NCBI GenBank assembly: GCA_963837955.1
Contig: CAWIPH010000002.1
Coordinates: 2,560,001-2,624,000, forward strand
Length of the DNA stretch: 64,000 bases
Origin: an uncultured Verrucomicrobiae bacterium
GTDB lineage: Bacteria; Verrucomicrobiota; Verrucomicrobiia; Chthoniobacterales; JAFAMB01
Direction: 5' to 3'
The position numbers and the translations under genes are program-made. This document shows positions 1-10,570 of the stretch, piece by piece; the stretch's first letter is position 1; each line of letters begins with the position of its first letter. The notes below the pieces were generated by a model. The model searched no databases and was not told where the DNA came from. It saw nothing but the letters and a program-made list of their open reading frames with translations.

Positions 1-473
1 GCCAAAACCCGCTCCCGCTTACCGACGCCGATAAGCAGCGCCGCGCTGAGGAAACGGCAGCGTGGGCCCGGCGTCAAAACGAGGCCGGCCACAAGCTTGA
101 TCCCCATATTCTCGCGCCCGAAAGCGCGCATCGCGGGAGTTCTGCCGCCACCCCAGCCGATGCGTGGCCCATCACCGCACTCCTCTTTCTGGAGGCGCAC
201 GATCTAACCGAGGCCACCCAGGTTGCAGAGTCCCACCCAGCCCTCCGCCACGGGGCTGATGTCGAGGTGCGTCCCTGGGCACCGCCGGTCCCCGTCGCGC
301 AATAAGAGTAGCCTGATAGCTCCGCCTCAGGAGAGGCATTGCTCATCGCCGCGCGGCGGTGACGGCGCTGATGGGAGGGATCGCGTCGGCTCGCGCACTA
401 GAGCTGAAAAGCGTTTGGTACAGTGCGCAGCGCGTGTCCACAGGACTACTTCGAAAAGCAGAACTGCCTTCGT

Positions 474-1247
474 TCAGGAATGTGCTGCAATAAAGTTCGC
501 GAGCCCTTGTTGCAAAGCGGGAGTGGACACCATCTTTGCGAACCCTTCGGCTTCAATCGCTAATCCTTCGTCAATTGTGGTGTTGAGCCCGCGCTGCACA
601 GCATGAATGCAAACCGCCACTGCTTCCGGCGCAAAACGGGCGATTCGCTGGCCGAGTCCAACGGCTTCATCAATGAGGTTTTCTTTTGGTACGATCGCAT
701 TGATCAGTCCGTTCTCCTTTGCTTGGGCTGCATTGATCGAGTCCGCCGTGAGTATCATCTGCAGTGCTCGCTTGCGTCCGAGTAACCGCGGTAATCGCTG
801 TGTTCCGCCAAAGCATGGAGGCATCCCGAGAGCGATCTCCGCTTTGGCAAAGAGCGCCTCCGAGACCGCGATCGAGAGATGCGTGGCCTCCACGATTTCG
901 CATCCGCCGCCATAGGCGAGACCGTTTACTGCCGCAATGATTGGTTTCGGGAAATTTTCAATCCGTCTCGTCATGTTTTGACCGCGCCGGACAAAGCGGC
1001 GATAAGCCACTTGGGGTCCTAATCCCACGTCTTTCGAAAACTGGTGGATATCCGCGCCGGCGCTGAAAGCGCGCCCGGACCCGGTGAGAACAACTGCTCG
1101 AATATGATTCTCCTCTTCGATCTGGTCCAACGCTTGGACAATCGAGTCAACGAGTTCGTAGTTCAGAGCATTCAGCTTTGTCGGGCGTTCGAATGTCAGA
1201 ACAGCCACCGATTCACGATCTACACGGGAGAGAACTTTATTGTTCAT
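474..1247 (-). CDS. Enoyl-CoA hydratase/isomerase (crotonase) family protein
   Basis: Motifs AFSAGADI, AAVNGLAYGGGCE and GGTQRLPRLLG. Start placed at MNNKVL (ATG 1247) rather than the ORF-track start at 1337. Confidence 0.92.
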   Translation of the reverse strand: MNNKVLSRVDRESVAVLTFERPTKLNALNYELVDSIVQALDQIEEENHIRAVVLTGSGRAFSAGADIHQFSKDVGLGPQVAYRRFVRRGQNMTRRIENFPKPIIAAVNGLAYGGGCEIVEATHLSIAVSEALFAKAEIALGMPPCFGGTQRLPRLLGRKRALQMILTADSINAAQAKENGLINAIVPKENLIDEAVGLGQRIARFAPEAVAVCIHAVQRGLNTTIDEGLAIEAEGFAKMVSTPALQQGLANFIAAHS

Positions 1248-1454
1248 GATCTTACCGATGACTATATCGGTCGAAGCGTATGATAAATACCAAATAGAGG
1301 CGGGGACCGTTCGTCTTTCAACCAGCAGCAAGAACAAATGTTTGAGACACGCCGCGATGCTTGAAAGGTCTCCAAGAGTCCTTGAACAGGAGGAAACAGA
1401 GGAAAAGGAAAGTTAGCTTGCTTTGGAAGTTCTCCGCCGCAGATCTCTGCCTGA

Positions 1455-2360
1455 CTACGCTCGACCGTCGCGAAACGCCCTTCGCGCCGCAACGAGAAAC
1501 GCGCTCATAATTGGGTTAAGATAATCAGTTCGATGGGCAAGCTCGATATTAGTTGAGATCGGACAACTGGTTAACTCACGGCAGACTACACCAGGTGTTT
1601 TGATCGTCGCTACGCAGGCGGGAGTTATCGAGATCCCTAGTCCGGAACTAACCAGTCTCAGGACCACGAGCCATTCAGGCGCTTCTTGCACAATTTTCGG
1701 ACGGAACCCAGCGAGCTCGCAGAGTTCAATCGTCTTGTCCCAAGCTAACGGTCCGAACTCCCGCGGAAACAAAACCAGCGGTTCTCCTTTGAGCGCGATC
1801 AGCGAGACCTTCTTCCGTTGAGCCAGCGGATGCTTCTCGGGTAACGCCACAACATATCTTTCGGCTAAGATAGTTTCCACCGATAGGCCATCGCTAGGGC
1901 CTGCATCTCGTAAGAAGCCGATGTCCACTGGTCCTTGTCGAATAGCCTCGATGAGGCGGCTGGTCATTAGCTCGCGCAGGCGCAACTCGACCTGAGGATA
2001 CTTCAAACGGTAGCTGCCCAAGAGCCCGGGCAGAACAGTCAACATGGCGGAACCGATAAAGCCGACCGTCAAGGATCCCATTTCTCCGCGTCCCACTCTT
2101 CGCACGGTTTCTACGTCTTCCTCCAGCCGTTTTAGAATAGGGCGGGCGAGCTCCAGCAAGGTCTCGCCGGCTTGGGTCAACGCAACTGTCCGCGAGTTTC
2201 GGTTAAACAAGGCATGACCGATATGCTGCTCAAGTTGCCGAATCTGTTGCGAGAGCGGCGGCTGAGCAATTCTTAGCCGCTTCGCCGCCCGGCTAAAATG
2301 CAGCTCTTCCGCTACGGCGACAAAGTAACGGAGATGGCGTAACTCGATCGCGGAATTCAT
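1455..2360 (-). CDS. LysR family transcriptional regulator
   Basis: N-terminal HTH ELRHLRYFVAVAEELHFSRAAKRLRIAQPPLSQQI; 301 aa. Confidence 0.96.
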   Translation of the reverse strand: MNSAIELRHLRYFVAVAEELHFSRAAKRLRIAQPPLSQQIRQLEQHIGHALFNRNSRTVALTQAGETLLELARPILKRLEEDVETVRRVGRGEMGSLTVGFIGSAMLTVLPGLLGSYRLKYPQVELRLRELMTSRLIEAIRQGPVDIGFLRDAGPSDGLSVETILAERYVVALPEKHPLAQRKKVSLIALKGEPLVLFPREFGPLAWDKTIELCELAGFRPKIVQEAPEWLVVLRLVSSGLGISITPACVATIKTPGVVCRELTSCPISTNIELAHRTDYLNPIMSAFLVAARRAFRDGRA

Positions 2361-2443
2361 ATTTAAAACGTCTCAATCACTGGAAATCAAATATTAGACG
2401 TATGGTCGCGCACTGTCTAGTTTCGTGAGCAGGAGAAGTTTTC

Positions 2444-3052
2444 ATGCCGAACAAAGAGGTGACGAAAAAAGCAGGTGACGATCACGCAACCACCCAAAAC
2501 GCGTACTCAATACACCAGGCAAAACCAGAGGACCTCCCGATCGCTTTCCTGCTGGTGGCTGAATATTTTCAGGAGGTCGATGTGATGGTCCGCGATTCGA
2601 AAGAGGAATTTGCCGACTATTTAGGCGGCGATGGTGACGGTGTCTGGCTGGCGTTGGCCAATGAAGAGCCGGTTGGTTGCATCGTCCTCCGCGGACTCGA
2701 TTCGCCGCCGGCAAGTGGCGAGGTCAAGCGCCTCTACGTTCGAGCCGCCCACCGCAAACGGGGGTTAGCCGATAGATTACTGCGGACTCTGGAACAATAT
2801 GCAATCCAAGTAGGATACGAGTGGCTGTACTTGGATACTAAGGACGATCTCGAGAACGCGATTCGCTTTTACAAACGGCACGGCTATGAATGCTGTGACC
2901 GCTATAATAGTAATCCTCAAGCAACTATCTTCATGCGGAAACAACTGGCCTTGCGGGAACGGCGATTCACCAGCGCATCGAGAGTTATCACCTCGGATTT
3001 CCGCGTAACGGACTCACGGATTTTACGTTCGCGGCCGCCCGTTCAGGACTGA
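2444..3052 (+). CDS. GNAT family N-acetyltransferase
   Basis: GEVKRLYV..HRKRGLA acetyl-CoA motif, LYLDT and AIRFYKRHGY; divergent from the LysR gene. Confidence 0.9.
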   Translation: MPNKEVTKKAGDDHATTQNAYSIHQAKPEDLPIAFLLVAEYFQEVDVMVRDSKEEFADYLGGDGDGVWLALANEEPVGCIVLRGLDSPPASGEVKRLYVRAAHRKRGLADRLLRTLEQYAIQVGYEWLYLDTKDDLENAIRFYKRHGYECCDRYNSNPQATIFMRKQLALRERRFTSASRVITSDFRVTDSRILRSRPPVQD

Positions 3053-3260
3053 ACGGAACAAGTTCTACAAAAGGTCGCAGAGCGAGATTTTTGAACAGGA
3101 GGTCGCAGAGATCTCAAAGAAGGCAGTACCTAGTCAAAACGTAATGCTCAGGTCGCCGCGCCTTTTCAGTAATGCGAGCGGTAAAAACCGAAACCCCTCT
3201 TTGTGATCTTTGCGATCTCTCTGTTTAAAATTCTGTCTTCGTGTCCTCCTGTTGAACCCA

Positions 3261-3420
3261 TGGTGTTCATTGTCTTTTGCTGGCGTTCGTTGTCGTTCGC
3301 TGGTGTTCATTGTCTTTTGCTGGCGTTCGTTGTCGTTCGCTGACGTTCGTTGGTGTTCATTGTCTTTTGCTGACGTTCGTTCCCGTTCGCTGACGTTCGT
3401 TGGTGTTCATTGTCTTTTTC
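3261..3420. repeat. Tandem repeat with 10-bp period (40-bp higher-order unit)
   Basis: TGGTGTTCAT TGTCTTTTGC TGGCGTTCGT TGTCGTTCGC is repeated exactly at 3261 and 3301, followed by shuffled decamers to 3420. Confidence 0.9.
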
Positions 3421-3440
3421 CGGGGCCAAATCTGCGGTTC

Positions 3441-3478
3441 GGACAACGATTACGGCCACTGGGACAAAAGGGGGCCGG
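3441..3478 (+). promoter_or_regulatory. Conserved 21-bp-period motif copy (putative AraC site) upstream of the alcohol dehydrogenase
   Basis: GGACA ACGAT TACGGC CACTG GGACA AAAGGGGGCCGG; matches 7 other upstream copies. Confidence 0.7.
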
Positions 3479-3596
3479 TCTCTGAATGGGCAGCGTTTAT
3501 TAGGTTCAATCGCGTAACCCTGCGAGGATAACAAACCCTTCCGTCTCAAGCTCAATGCACAAGGCAGTTTCGTCTTCTTTAATATTCCACTGAAAT

Positions 3597-4631
3597 ATGA
3601 AAGCACTACGTTTCTACGGAAATAAAGACCTGCGCGTCGAAGAAATCGCCGCTCCAAAGGGATGCGGTCCGCGACAGGTAATCGTCAAAGTTGCCTGGTG
3701 TGGAATTTGCGGCACCGATCTTCACGAGTACGCGACGGGGCCGATCTTTATGCCGAGGCAGCAAATCCTGGGACATGAATTCTCCGGGACGGTGGTCGAA
3801 GTGGGTTCTGAATCAAAGGAATATCGCGAGGGTGACCGAGTGGCCATCCAACCCCTATTGACGCCGGGAGATGATTATTACTCAGTCCGCGGTCTCGGTC
3901 ATTTGAGCGATCAAAGCGCCTTTGTTGGAATCAGAAATTGGGCTTGGGGAGGAATGGGCGAGTTTGCAGTGCTCAACGATTACAATGTCTTCAAGTTGCC
4001 TGACTCGGTTTCAGACGAACAAGGAGCTCTCGTTGAGCCTGCAGCCGTGACACTGTATGCGGTTGATAACAGCGGCTTACAAGCGGGAAATACGGTATTG
4101 ATCTCGGGAGCTGGAACCATCGGCGCGTTAACAGTACTGTCGGTTAATGCCGCGGGAGCCTCACAGATTTTTGTGGCGGAACCGAACCCAGCTCGCAGAA
4201 AGCTCATAGAATCCTGGGGACTATGTGCTGGGGTGTACGATCCCATTACCGAAGACGTGCCAGCGCGTATCCAGGAACAGACAACCGTTGGCGTCGATGT
4301 CGCGATTGAGTGCGCCGGGAACGAAAACTCCCTTGCTGCTTGTCTTCATTCGGTTCGACGGCAGGGAACCGTTGTTCAAGTGGGACTAGCTACTGCAGCT
4401 TGCCATGTCGATCTGCAGCTCTTGGTGCTGAAAGATGTAACGCTTCGCGGCAGTTTCTGTTACCCGATTTATTCGTGGCCGCGCGTGATCGGTTTAATTG
4501 CCGCTAGAAAACTTCCCGTAGAAAAAACCATCAGCAGCCGCGTTAGCTTGGATGCGGCTGTTCCCGATGGCTTTGAGGTGTTAACTGCGCCGGGAACTGG
4601 TCAGCTCAAGGTCCTCATCCAGCCGGCGTGA
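3597..4631 (+). CDS. Zinc-dependent alcohol dehydrogenase, 2,3-butanediol dehydrogenase-like
   Basis: CGICGTDLHEY, LGHEFSG, GALVEP and GAGTIG motifs. Confidence 0.9.
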   Translation: MKALRFYGNKDLRVEEIAAPKGCGPRQVIVKVAWCGICGTDLHEYATGPIFMPRQQILGHEFSGTVVEVGSESKEYREGDRVAIQPLLTPGDDYYSVRGLGHLSDQSAFVGIRNWAWGGMGEFAVLNDYNVFKLPDSVSDEQGALVEPAAVTLYAVDNSGLQAGNTVLISGAGTIGALTVLSVNAAGASQIFVAEPNPARRKLIESWGLCAGVYDPITEDVPARIQEQTTVGVDVAIECAGNENSLAACLHSVRRQGTVVQVGLATAACHVDLQLLVLKDVTLRGSFCYPIYSWPRVIGLIAARKLPVEKTISSRVSLDAAVPDGFEVLTAPGTGQLKVLIQPA

Positions 4632-4648
4632 GAGCAGGAGAAAGAACG

Positions 4649-5700
4649 ATGGATACAATTGATGTACTTTCCGTGGACGCAGAACGGGATGACAACGCGA
4701 AGAAGGCCAAGCTCGAGAATGGTTTTTACAACATTATCGACGGCGAGCAGGTATCTGCCGGTAAAAGACTATCTGTCATCAATCCTGCTACTGGTATGCA
4801 ACTAGCCGCGGTCCCCGATGTAGATCGCGCGTTGTTAATCAAAGCAATCGGTGATGCGCGAAATGCATTTTCAGGATGGGGTGCTGTTCCATTCGGACGC
4901 CGGAAAGCAATATTGGCTAGCTTGCTCAACAAAATAGGAGACCACGCCGATGAATTGTGCTCACTGCTTACGGCAGAACAGGGCGGACCTTTAGCTCAAG
5001 CACAGTGGGAAATCGATCTGCTTACCAAAGCGTTTGGACCGGCCCTCCTGCAAATGGCGCCTCCTGACAAAGAACCAGATGGGCAACCCATGGAGCGGAT
5101 CACGCAGCGTTATGTTCCCATCGATGGCGGCGGCGTAATCAGCCGATGGAATTTGCCAGTTATACTTTCATTTGGGAAGGTGCTCCCAGCGTTACTGGCT
5201 GGTGATACTGTCGTTCTGAGACCGTCTCCACTTATCCCGCTAACCGTACTACGCATCTCAGACTATATTCGTGAATTGCTTCCACCGGGTGTGTTCAATG
5301 TCGTGACCGGCGGTCGTGATCTGTGGCCCTGGATGACGTCCCATTCAGGAATTGACCTTATAACCTTCACTAGATCCACAAACATGAGGAAAGCGCGTAT
5401 CGGCATCTGCTGCTGGCGCGCTTAAACCCGGGACGCTGCAGCTGGGAGGAAATGACTCGAGGGCGGTTGCCAATACTGATCTGGAAAAGATTGCTCTCTT
5501 TGGCCGCATCGCGCTGGTTCCTGTTAACTGCGAGCCCGGACGGTATGGGTTAGCAAGCACGCTCTTTGAAATTCTTTCGTTCCGCCCAGTGCGTATGAGG
5601 ACTCAGGTCTTGGTTTGGAGTTTAGCGAGGAAGGCTTCGAAGACTTTTCCAAACTTCCGATCGAACGCCGGGCACAGTATGGAGGAAAGGCTATGACGCC
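4649..5700 (+). pseudogene. Aldehyde dehydrogenase pseudogene (frameshifted, internally deleted)
   Basis: Typical ALDH N-half (VINPATG, LTAEQG, LPPGVFNVV). Frameshift near 5390 continues as ...GTLQLGGND, then jumps to the C-terminal SGLGLEFSEEG motif near 5605-5640. The catalytic Cys region is absent. End is approximate. Confidence 0.85.
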
Positions 5701-5815
5701 GCTGGCGGAACCTCTGGAATCGGGCACGACAGTCGCTTTTGCCGAACAAGGGCGAAACATCGTCGCCGGTCAGGCTCGTCGAGAAGGCTTGCGGTAACCG
5801 CGCGGGAAGCGAATC

Positions 5816-7105
5816 ATGAGAAAGATTGCCATCGTCGGTGGCGGTCAGTCCGGGTTGCAGTTAGCGCTGGGGTTGCTGCAGAACCAGTACGAAGTCACAC
5901 TGGTCTCTAACCGCACAGCGGAGCAGATCTTGAGTGGCCGAGTCAGTTCCAGCCAGTTCATGTTTCACGATTCCCTGCAGAACGAACGGGATTTGGGAAT
6001 CAATTTTTGGGAAAGTGAGTGTCCCATCACCGAGGGCATCTCGTTCACCATTCCCGGACCGGACAAGACCAAGGCGCTGTTCTGGGAGGCCAAGCTCGAT
6101 GGCTATGGGCAATCGGTCGACCAACGAATAAAGTTCGCTGGTTGGATGAAAGAGTTTACTCAGCGTGGCGGCGATCTAGTGATCAAGGACGCTTCCCTCC
6201 AGGACGTTGACGATTACGGGAAAAGCCACGATCTGGTGCTCGTTGCTGCCGGCAAAGGAGAGATAAGCCGTTTGTTCGAGCGTGACGCGGAAAGGTCTAC
6301 CTTTGACCGGCCAATGCGGGCACTGGCGCTGACTTACGTCAAGAAGATGGTTCCGCGAAAGCCTTTTACCGCTGTGTCATTCAACCTGGTGCCGGGGGTG
6401 GGCGAATACTTCGTTTTCCCTGCTCTGACTACCACCGGTTCTTGCGAGATCATGGTGTTCGAAGGTGTACCCGGGGGCCCAATGGACTGCTGGAATGATG
6501 TGAAGACTCCGGAGGAGCATCTGGCCAAGAGTAAATGGATTCTGGACACATTCATGCCACTGGAAGGGGAACGCTGCCTCGACATCGAACTGACCGACAA
6601 CAATGGAATTCTGACCGGAGGGTTCCCGCCGATCGTTCGCAAGCCAATCTGCAAACTGCCCTCGGGCGGACTGGCACTTGGGATGGGCGATGTAGTTGCC
6701 ACCAATGATCCGATCACGGGTCAAGGTTCGAATACGGCAAGCAAGGCAGCCAGCATCTACCTGCAACGGATTTTGGAGCGCGGCAACAAGCCGTTTGATG
6801 CCCAGTGGATGCACCAAACCTTCGACCTCTTCTGGGATTACGCCCACTGGGTGGTGAAATGGACTAACTCGCTCCTGGTCCCACCCACACCCCAGATCTT
6901 GCAGCTGATGGGCGCTGCGAGCCAGATTCCGTCTCTGGCTCGCAAAATCGCAAACGGATTCAATCATCCGCCGGACTACTTTCCCTGGTGGTTTGATCCG
7001 GCGGAGGCTGATAGCATGATCAAGAGGGCCAAATCACCGCATCTTATGGAAACTGCCCGATCCTCAACAGGCGCTCCTGCCACCGAGCGAGTTACTGCCC
7101 ACTAA
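5816..7105 (+). CDS. Styrene/indole monooxygenase family FAD-dependent oxygenase (StyA-like)
   Basis: MRKIAIVGGGQSGLQLA, QSVDQR and GDVVATNDPITGQGSN motifs. Confidence 0.88.
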   Translation: MRKIAIVGGGQSGLQLALGLLQNQYEVTLVSNRTAEQILSGRVSSSQFMFHDSLQNERDLGINFWESECPITEGISFTIPGPDKTKALFWEAKLDGYGQSVDQRIKFAGWMKEFTQRGGDLVIKDASLQDVDDYGKSHDLVLVAAGKGEISRLFERDAERSTFDRPMRALALTYVKKMVPRKPFTAVSFNLVPGVGEYFVFPALTTTGSCEIMVFEGVPGGPMDCWNDVKTPEEHLAKSKWILDTFMPLEGERCLDIELTDNNGILTGGFPPIVRKPICKLPSGGLALGMGDVVATNDPITGQGSNTASKAASIYLQRILERGNKPFDAQWMHQTFDLFWDYAHWVVKWTNSLLVPPTPQILQLMGAASQIPSLARKIANGFNHPPDYFPWWFDPAEADSMIKRAKSPHLMETARSSTGAPATERVTAH

Positions 7106-7266
7106 CCTGCGAATTGGATCCCTTTATAACTTCGGCGTCCTTGCCCATCCGAACCCGCTCAATGTTGGGAAGAGAGGCTGGGGGTGTGAGCGGCGCCGCA
7201 GATCTCATCCTGATAGGCTCTATCATGCACTGCGTTGCGGTGACGTCTTTCCAGCGTCGGCAACTG

Positions 7267-7303
7267 GGATAAGAAATACGACAACTGGCACAATAAACGG
7301 CCG
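7267..7303 (+). promoter_or_regulatory. Conserved 21-bp-period motif copy (putative AraC site)
   Basis: GGATA AGAAA TACGAC AACTG GCACA ATAAACGGCCG; more diverged copy. Confidence 0.55.
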
Positions 7304-7385
7304 CTGTCCCAAATCTTGGCGTCTATTCCGGAATGGAACCTAGGCAGCATGAATGTCTGGAGGACTAACTGGGAGGAAGAACAAA

Positions 7386-7769
7386 ATGGATCTTATGCAT
7401 GGCGTCTCGTACTACTTAGAATTTCAAAAGCAATTGTCCGCTTCGAAGGGATCGTCCCCAAAGCCATTGGTGAATGTACCCGGCGATCAGGAGATGAACT
7501 CGCTCCGATCAGGTCGGCCTCGGGTCGGTGTTGGAGGAATCGATCAGGCCGAGATGAAGCTGCCAGTAAAGGGCTATCCCTCAACGCCGCGCCATCTTGG
7601 TGACGGTTTGGGTGCGGCTTCGGAAAAGATGAATTTTGAATGGCCCGATTCCCTTCCGATCGAGAGAATCAAAGCAGGGTTGATCGAGATAGTCCTCGCG
7701 TTTCTTTTGCTTGCAGGACTAGTGACATTTGGCTTGGCCTGCGTTTTGTCTCCAACGTTTCTGCCTTAG
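7386..7769 (+). CDS. Hypothetical protein with C-terminal transmembrane helix
   Basis: GGAGG RBS before ATG 7386; hydrophobic tail LIEIVLAFLLLAGLVTFGLACVL; conserved motif upstream. Confidence 0.55.
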   Translation: MDLMHGVSYYLEFQKQLSASKGSSPKPLVNVPGDQEMNSLRSGRPRVGVGGIDQAEMKLPVKGYPSTPRHLGDGLGAASEKMNFEWPDSLPIERIKAGLIEIVLAFLLLAGLVTFGLACVLSPTFLP

Positions 7770-7932
7770 CATTCAAAAAACCGTCGCCTTCCGCGTCGCC
7801 GATTGGGAGGCTTCGATCGATGAGCAGGTCGCTCGCGGCAGAGCTTGCGCGGCGCAGACTCGGATCGCCTCCAGTGCTGCGTTGGACCGAAAAAGGGCAG
7901 GGTCATGGTTGGCGATTCTGATTTATATTTGA

Positions 7933-8973
7933 TTACAATTGCTTGACCCGCTGCAGCAGATCATCCAGCCGCGTTGGATGAGGTTGAATCTGCCCCTCTT
8001 CAATCAGATGAACCATATCGGTCATCGCTGCATTCATGGCGATCGGTACGCCGACCTGGACCCCCAACTGCGCCACATAACCGTTGATGAAGTCGATTTC
8101 CGTCCGCCGGCCCCGCTCGAAGTCTTGCAACATCGACGGTTTGATATCTCCATAGCCCCCCATGATCTGATCGATCCAAACGTCATAATCATCCCCCGGC
8201 ACGCTTGTTCCCTGCCAGCCCGGTGGAATCGGATCGACGATCATTCGTTCCGGCCGCGCCCCGCTGGCCAGCGCAACTGACAGCGCTTCATCATAAATTC
8301 GCCGGAAGACTTCCTGACCTGCGAATGACGTCATATATTGACGCATGGTTTGAGCGGCGACCGCGCCGATCGTCGTTACCGAGCAATTAAGCAGCAGCTT
8401 CGCCCAGACAGCACCGCGCAGGTTTGGCGTCACGCGCATTTCAATCGCTCCAGCCAAGGCCTGAGCGATTTTTGCAACTCGATCACTGAGGCCTCCGGCA
8501 AGTTCGCCTATTAGTAAATTACCGGCATTCCGCTGTTCATAGATGCCCGGTTTAACCATAGTGGCGCCGAGATTGGACAACCCTCCGAGCACGACGCCGT
8601 CCCCGAACCGATCGGAGAGGATCTGGGATACGCTGCCGTTTTGTATGGGTAACAAAGTGCCGCCCCGCGTCAGGAGGCTTGATAAGAATGGCGCGATCTC
8701 CAGCGCATCGTGGGCCTTCGTGGCCAACAGGATCAAGTCGAACTTGTCTGCTTCCCCGTATTCCTCAATCGCTGCGACATGGACGGAGCTGGCGGTCGCC
8801 GTGCCTCCAATGCCCGATACCTGCAGGCCCGACGATCGAAGCACTCTGGCCGACTCCGCGCTGCGGGTGGCGAGCCAGACTGGGATTCCAGCGCTGATCG
8901 CGCGAGTTGCGATTGTTCCACCCAATGCGCCAATACCTACAATCAATATTCGAATCCGGCGGTTCTTACTCAT
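7933..8973 (-). CDS. Ketopantoate reductase (PanE/ApbA) family protein
   Basis: ILIVGIGALGG, LATKAHD, IQNG, WAKLLLN and KPSMLQD..RGRRTEIDFING motifs; start placed at MSKNRR. Confidence 0.9.
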   Translation of the reverse strand: MSKNRRIRILIVGIGALGGTIATRAISAGIPVWLATRSAESARVLRSSGLQVSGIGGTATASSVHVAAIEEYGEADKFDLILLATKAHDALEIAPFLSSLLTRGGTLLPIQNGSVSQILSDRFGDGVVLGGLSNLGATMVKPGIYEQRNAGNLLIGELAGGLSDRVAKIAQALAGAIEMRVTPNLRGAVWAKLLLNCSVTTIGAVAAQTMRQYMTSFAGQEVFRRIYDEALSVALASGARPERMIVDPIPPGWQGTSVPGDDYDVWIDQIMGGYGDIKPSMLQDFERGRRTEIDFINGYVAQLGVQVGVPIAMNAAMTDMVHLIEEGQIQPHPTRLDDLLQRVKQL

Positions 8974-9557
8974 GCATTTAAGCATGACACTGGCATCCGC
9001 ATCACACATATCAAGAGCTGTAACTCTTGCCGAAATTCCGGGGATTTTATCCTTTGGATCTTTCGGTCTCATGCCTGCCCGACAGGCGAAGAATTTGTGC
9101 ATCGTTCGAACCATTGGGTGAGTTGGCTGCACAGCTACATTATGAGAAGTTCATAGGCTTTAACGGCCCGTGGTCTCCCGAAGTTCGCTGTTATTGGCCT
9201 CCCACTGGTAAATCAGGGGACCGGTGGAAGTGAAAACGATCGAAACTTCTCGACCCAAAGAAACCTCTTGAAAGGCGGAACTATCAACCAGACCGGAAAG
9301 AGAAACTCGAACAACGCGAAAGAAACGCTGCGACTTGGGCGATGTCCCTTGTCTATGATGATGGAAGATGGGGCGCAGCGGCACGGCGCCGGACTTAAAG
9401 GTCGACGTAGAGATTGAAGCCACACAAGTCTCCTCTTTTTATCAGCATCTCACTGGATGCCTTAGGCCATTGTTTCCTTTTATGTTCATAAGTTACGTTG
9501 CCGGATTTTGGGTGTTGCGAAATTGCTTTTGTTGACAACGATTGATACCTTTATTGC

Positions 9558-10517
9558 ATGAATCGGCCATCGCTTTGGGAGCTCGAATGCTTCGTCGCCG
9601 TCGCGGAGGAATTGCATTTTTCCAACGCAGCAAAACGTTTGCACATTTCGCAACCTCCGTTGAGCCGCCAAATCCAAGCACTGGAGACGAAGTTAGGGGT
9701 CCAGCTTCTCCGGCGGAAAACACGAACAGTGGAATTGGCGCTGCCCGGAGAGGTATTCCTGGGTGATGCGCGGGAAATTTTACAGCACCTCGATCGAGCA
9801 TCTTTGGCAGCGCATCGAAGTGCCGGAGGGGAAATCGAGCGGCTGCGCGTGGGGTTCGTCAGCGCGTTGCTAGGGCCGGACCTCATTCAGGTTTTACGCT
9901 CGTTTCGTCACGAGCGACCCACCTGCCAGATAGAGTTGGTCGATCTACCGTCGGCAGATCAATTGCGGCGGATTGAGAATGGAACTCTCGATGGCGGTTT
10001 AATCGGAGGTGCTCCAGCGAAGCATTCGAGCGATCTTAAGTTCCTGGTGTGGAAGACCGAACGGTGGATGGTTGGTCTACCAGAGAGTCACCCGTTGTCG
10101 GCCAAGATGGTGTTGTCATTGCCAGAGCTGCGAAACGAGAGATGGGTGCTTACTTCCCGAGCCGCCTCTCCGGCGCTGCGACAACGTTTTGACGAATTGT
10201 GTACGGCGGCAGGGTTCAGACCACGGATTGTCCTGGAATCGGATCGAGGACAAGCAGTTCTGGCGATGGTTGCTGCTGGAGACGGCATCGGATTGTTCGC
10301 CGAAACGTTAACGCGCTTGATCGATCGCGGCGTGGTTTTCCGACCGCTCAACAGCCGGAGAGCGGTGCTCGAGCACACTCTGGCGTGGCAGGCGAACAAA
10401 GATTCTGAGGCGCTGCTAGCGTTTCAGAAGATCCTGAGGCGCAAGGCCGGCCACAAGCCGGCGATAAAAAATCAGCTTGCTCGGGAAAAGAGAGGCGGTT
10501 CGAATGAGTCCGTCTAG
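9558..10517 (+). CDS. LysR family transcriptional regulator
   Basis: FVAVAEELHFSNAAKRLHISQPPLSRQI HTH; an ATAC-N7-GCAT (T-N11-A) box at 9545-9559 overlaps the start. Confidence 0.95.
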   Translation: MNRPSLWELECFVAVAEELHFSNAAKRLHISQPPLSRQIQALETKLGVQLLRRKTRTVELALPGEVFLGDAREILQHLDRASLAAHRSAGGEIERLRVGFVSALLGPDLIQVLRSFRHERPTCQIELVDLPSADQLRRIENGTLDGGLIGGAPAKHSSDLKFLVWKTERWMVGLPESHPLSAKMVLSLPELRNERWVLTSRAASPALRQRFDELCTAAGFRPRIVLESDRGQAVLAMVAAGDGIGLFAETLTRLIDRGVVFRPLNSRRAVLEHTLAWQANKDSEALLAFQKILRRKAGHKPAIKNQLAREKRGGSNESV

Positions 10518-10570
10518 CCAACTACCCGATTGACAGAGTTGGAGAAGTTCGCTGAAAAGGAGAGACCCTC

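Noticed and set aside
3261..3420. Possible CRISPR array
   Set aside because: There are no unique spacers; the units are contiguous decamers and there are no cas genes.
9160..9425. Small ORFs between the PanE-like gene and LysR
   Set aside because: No recognisable motifs, and two overlapping alternative frames.
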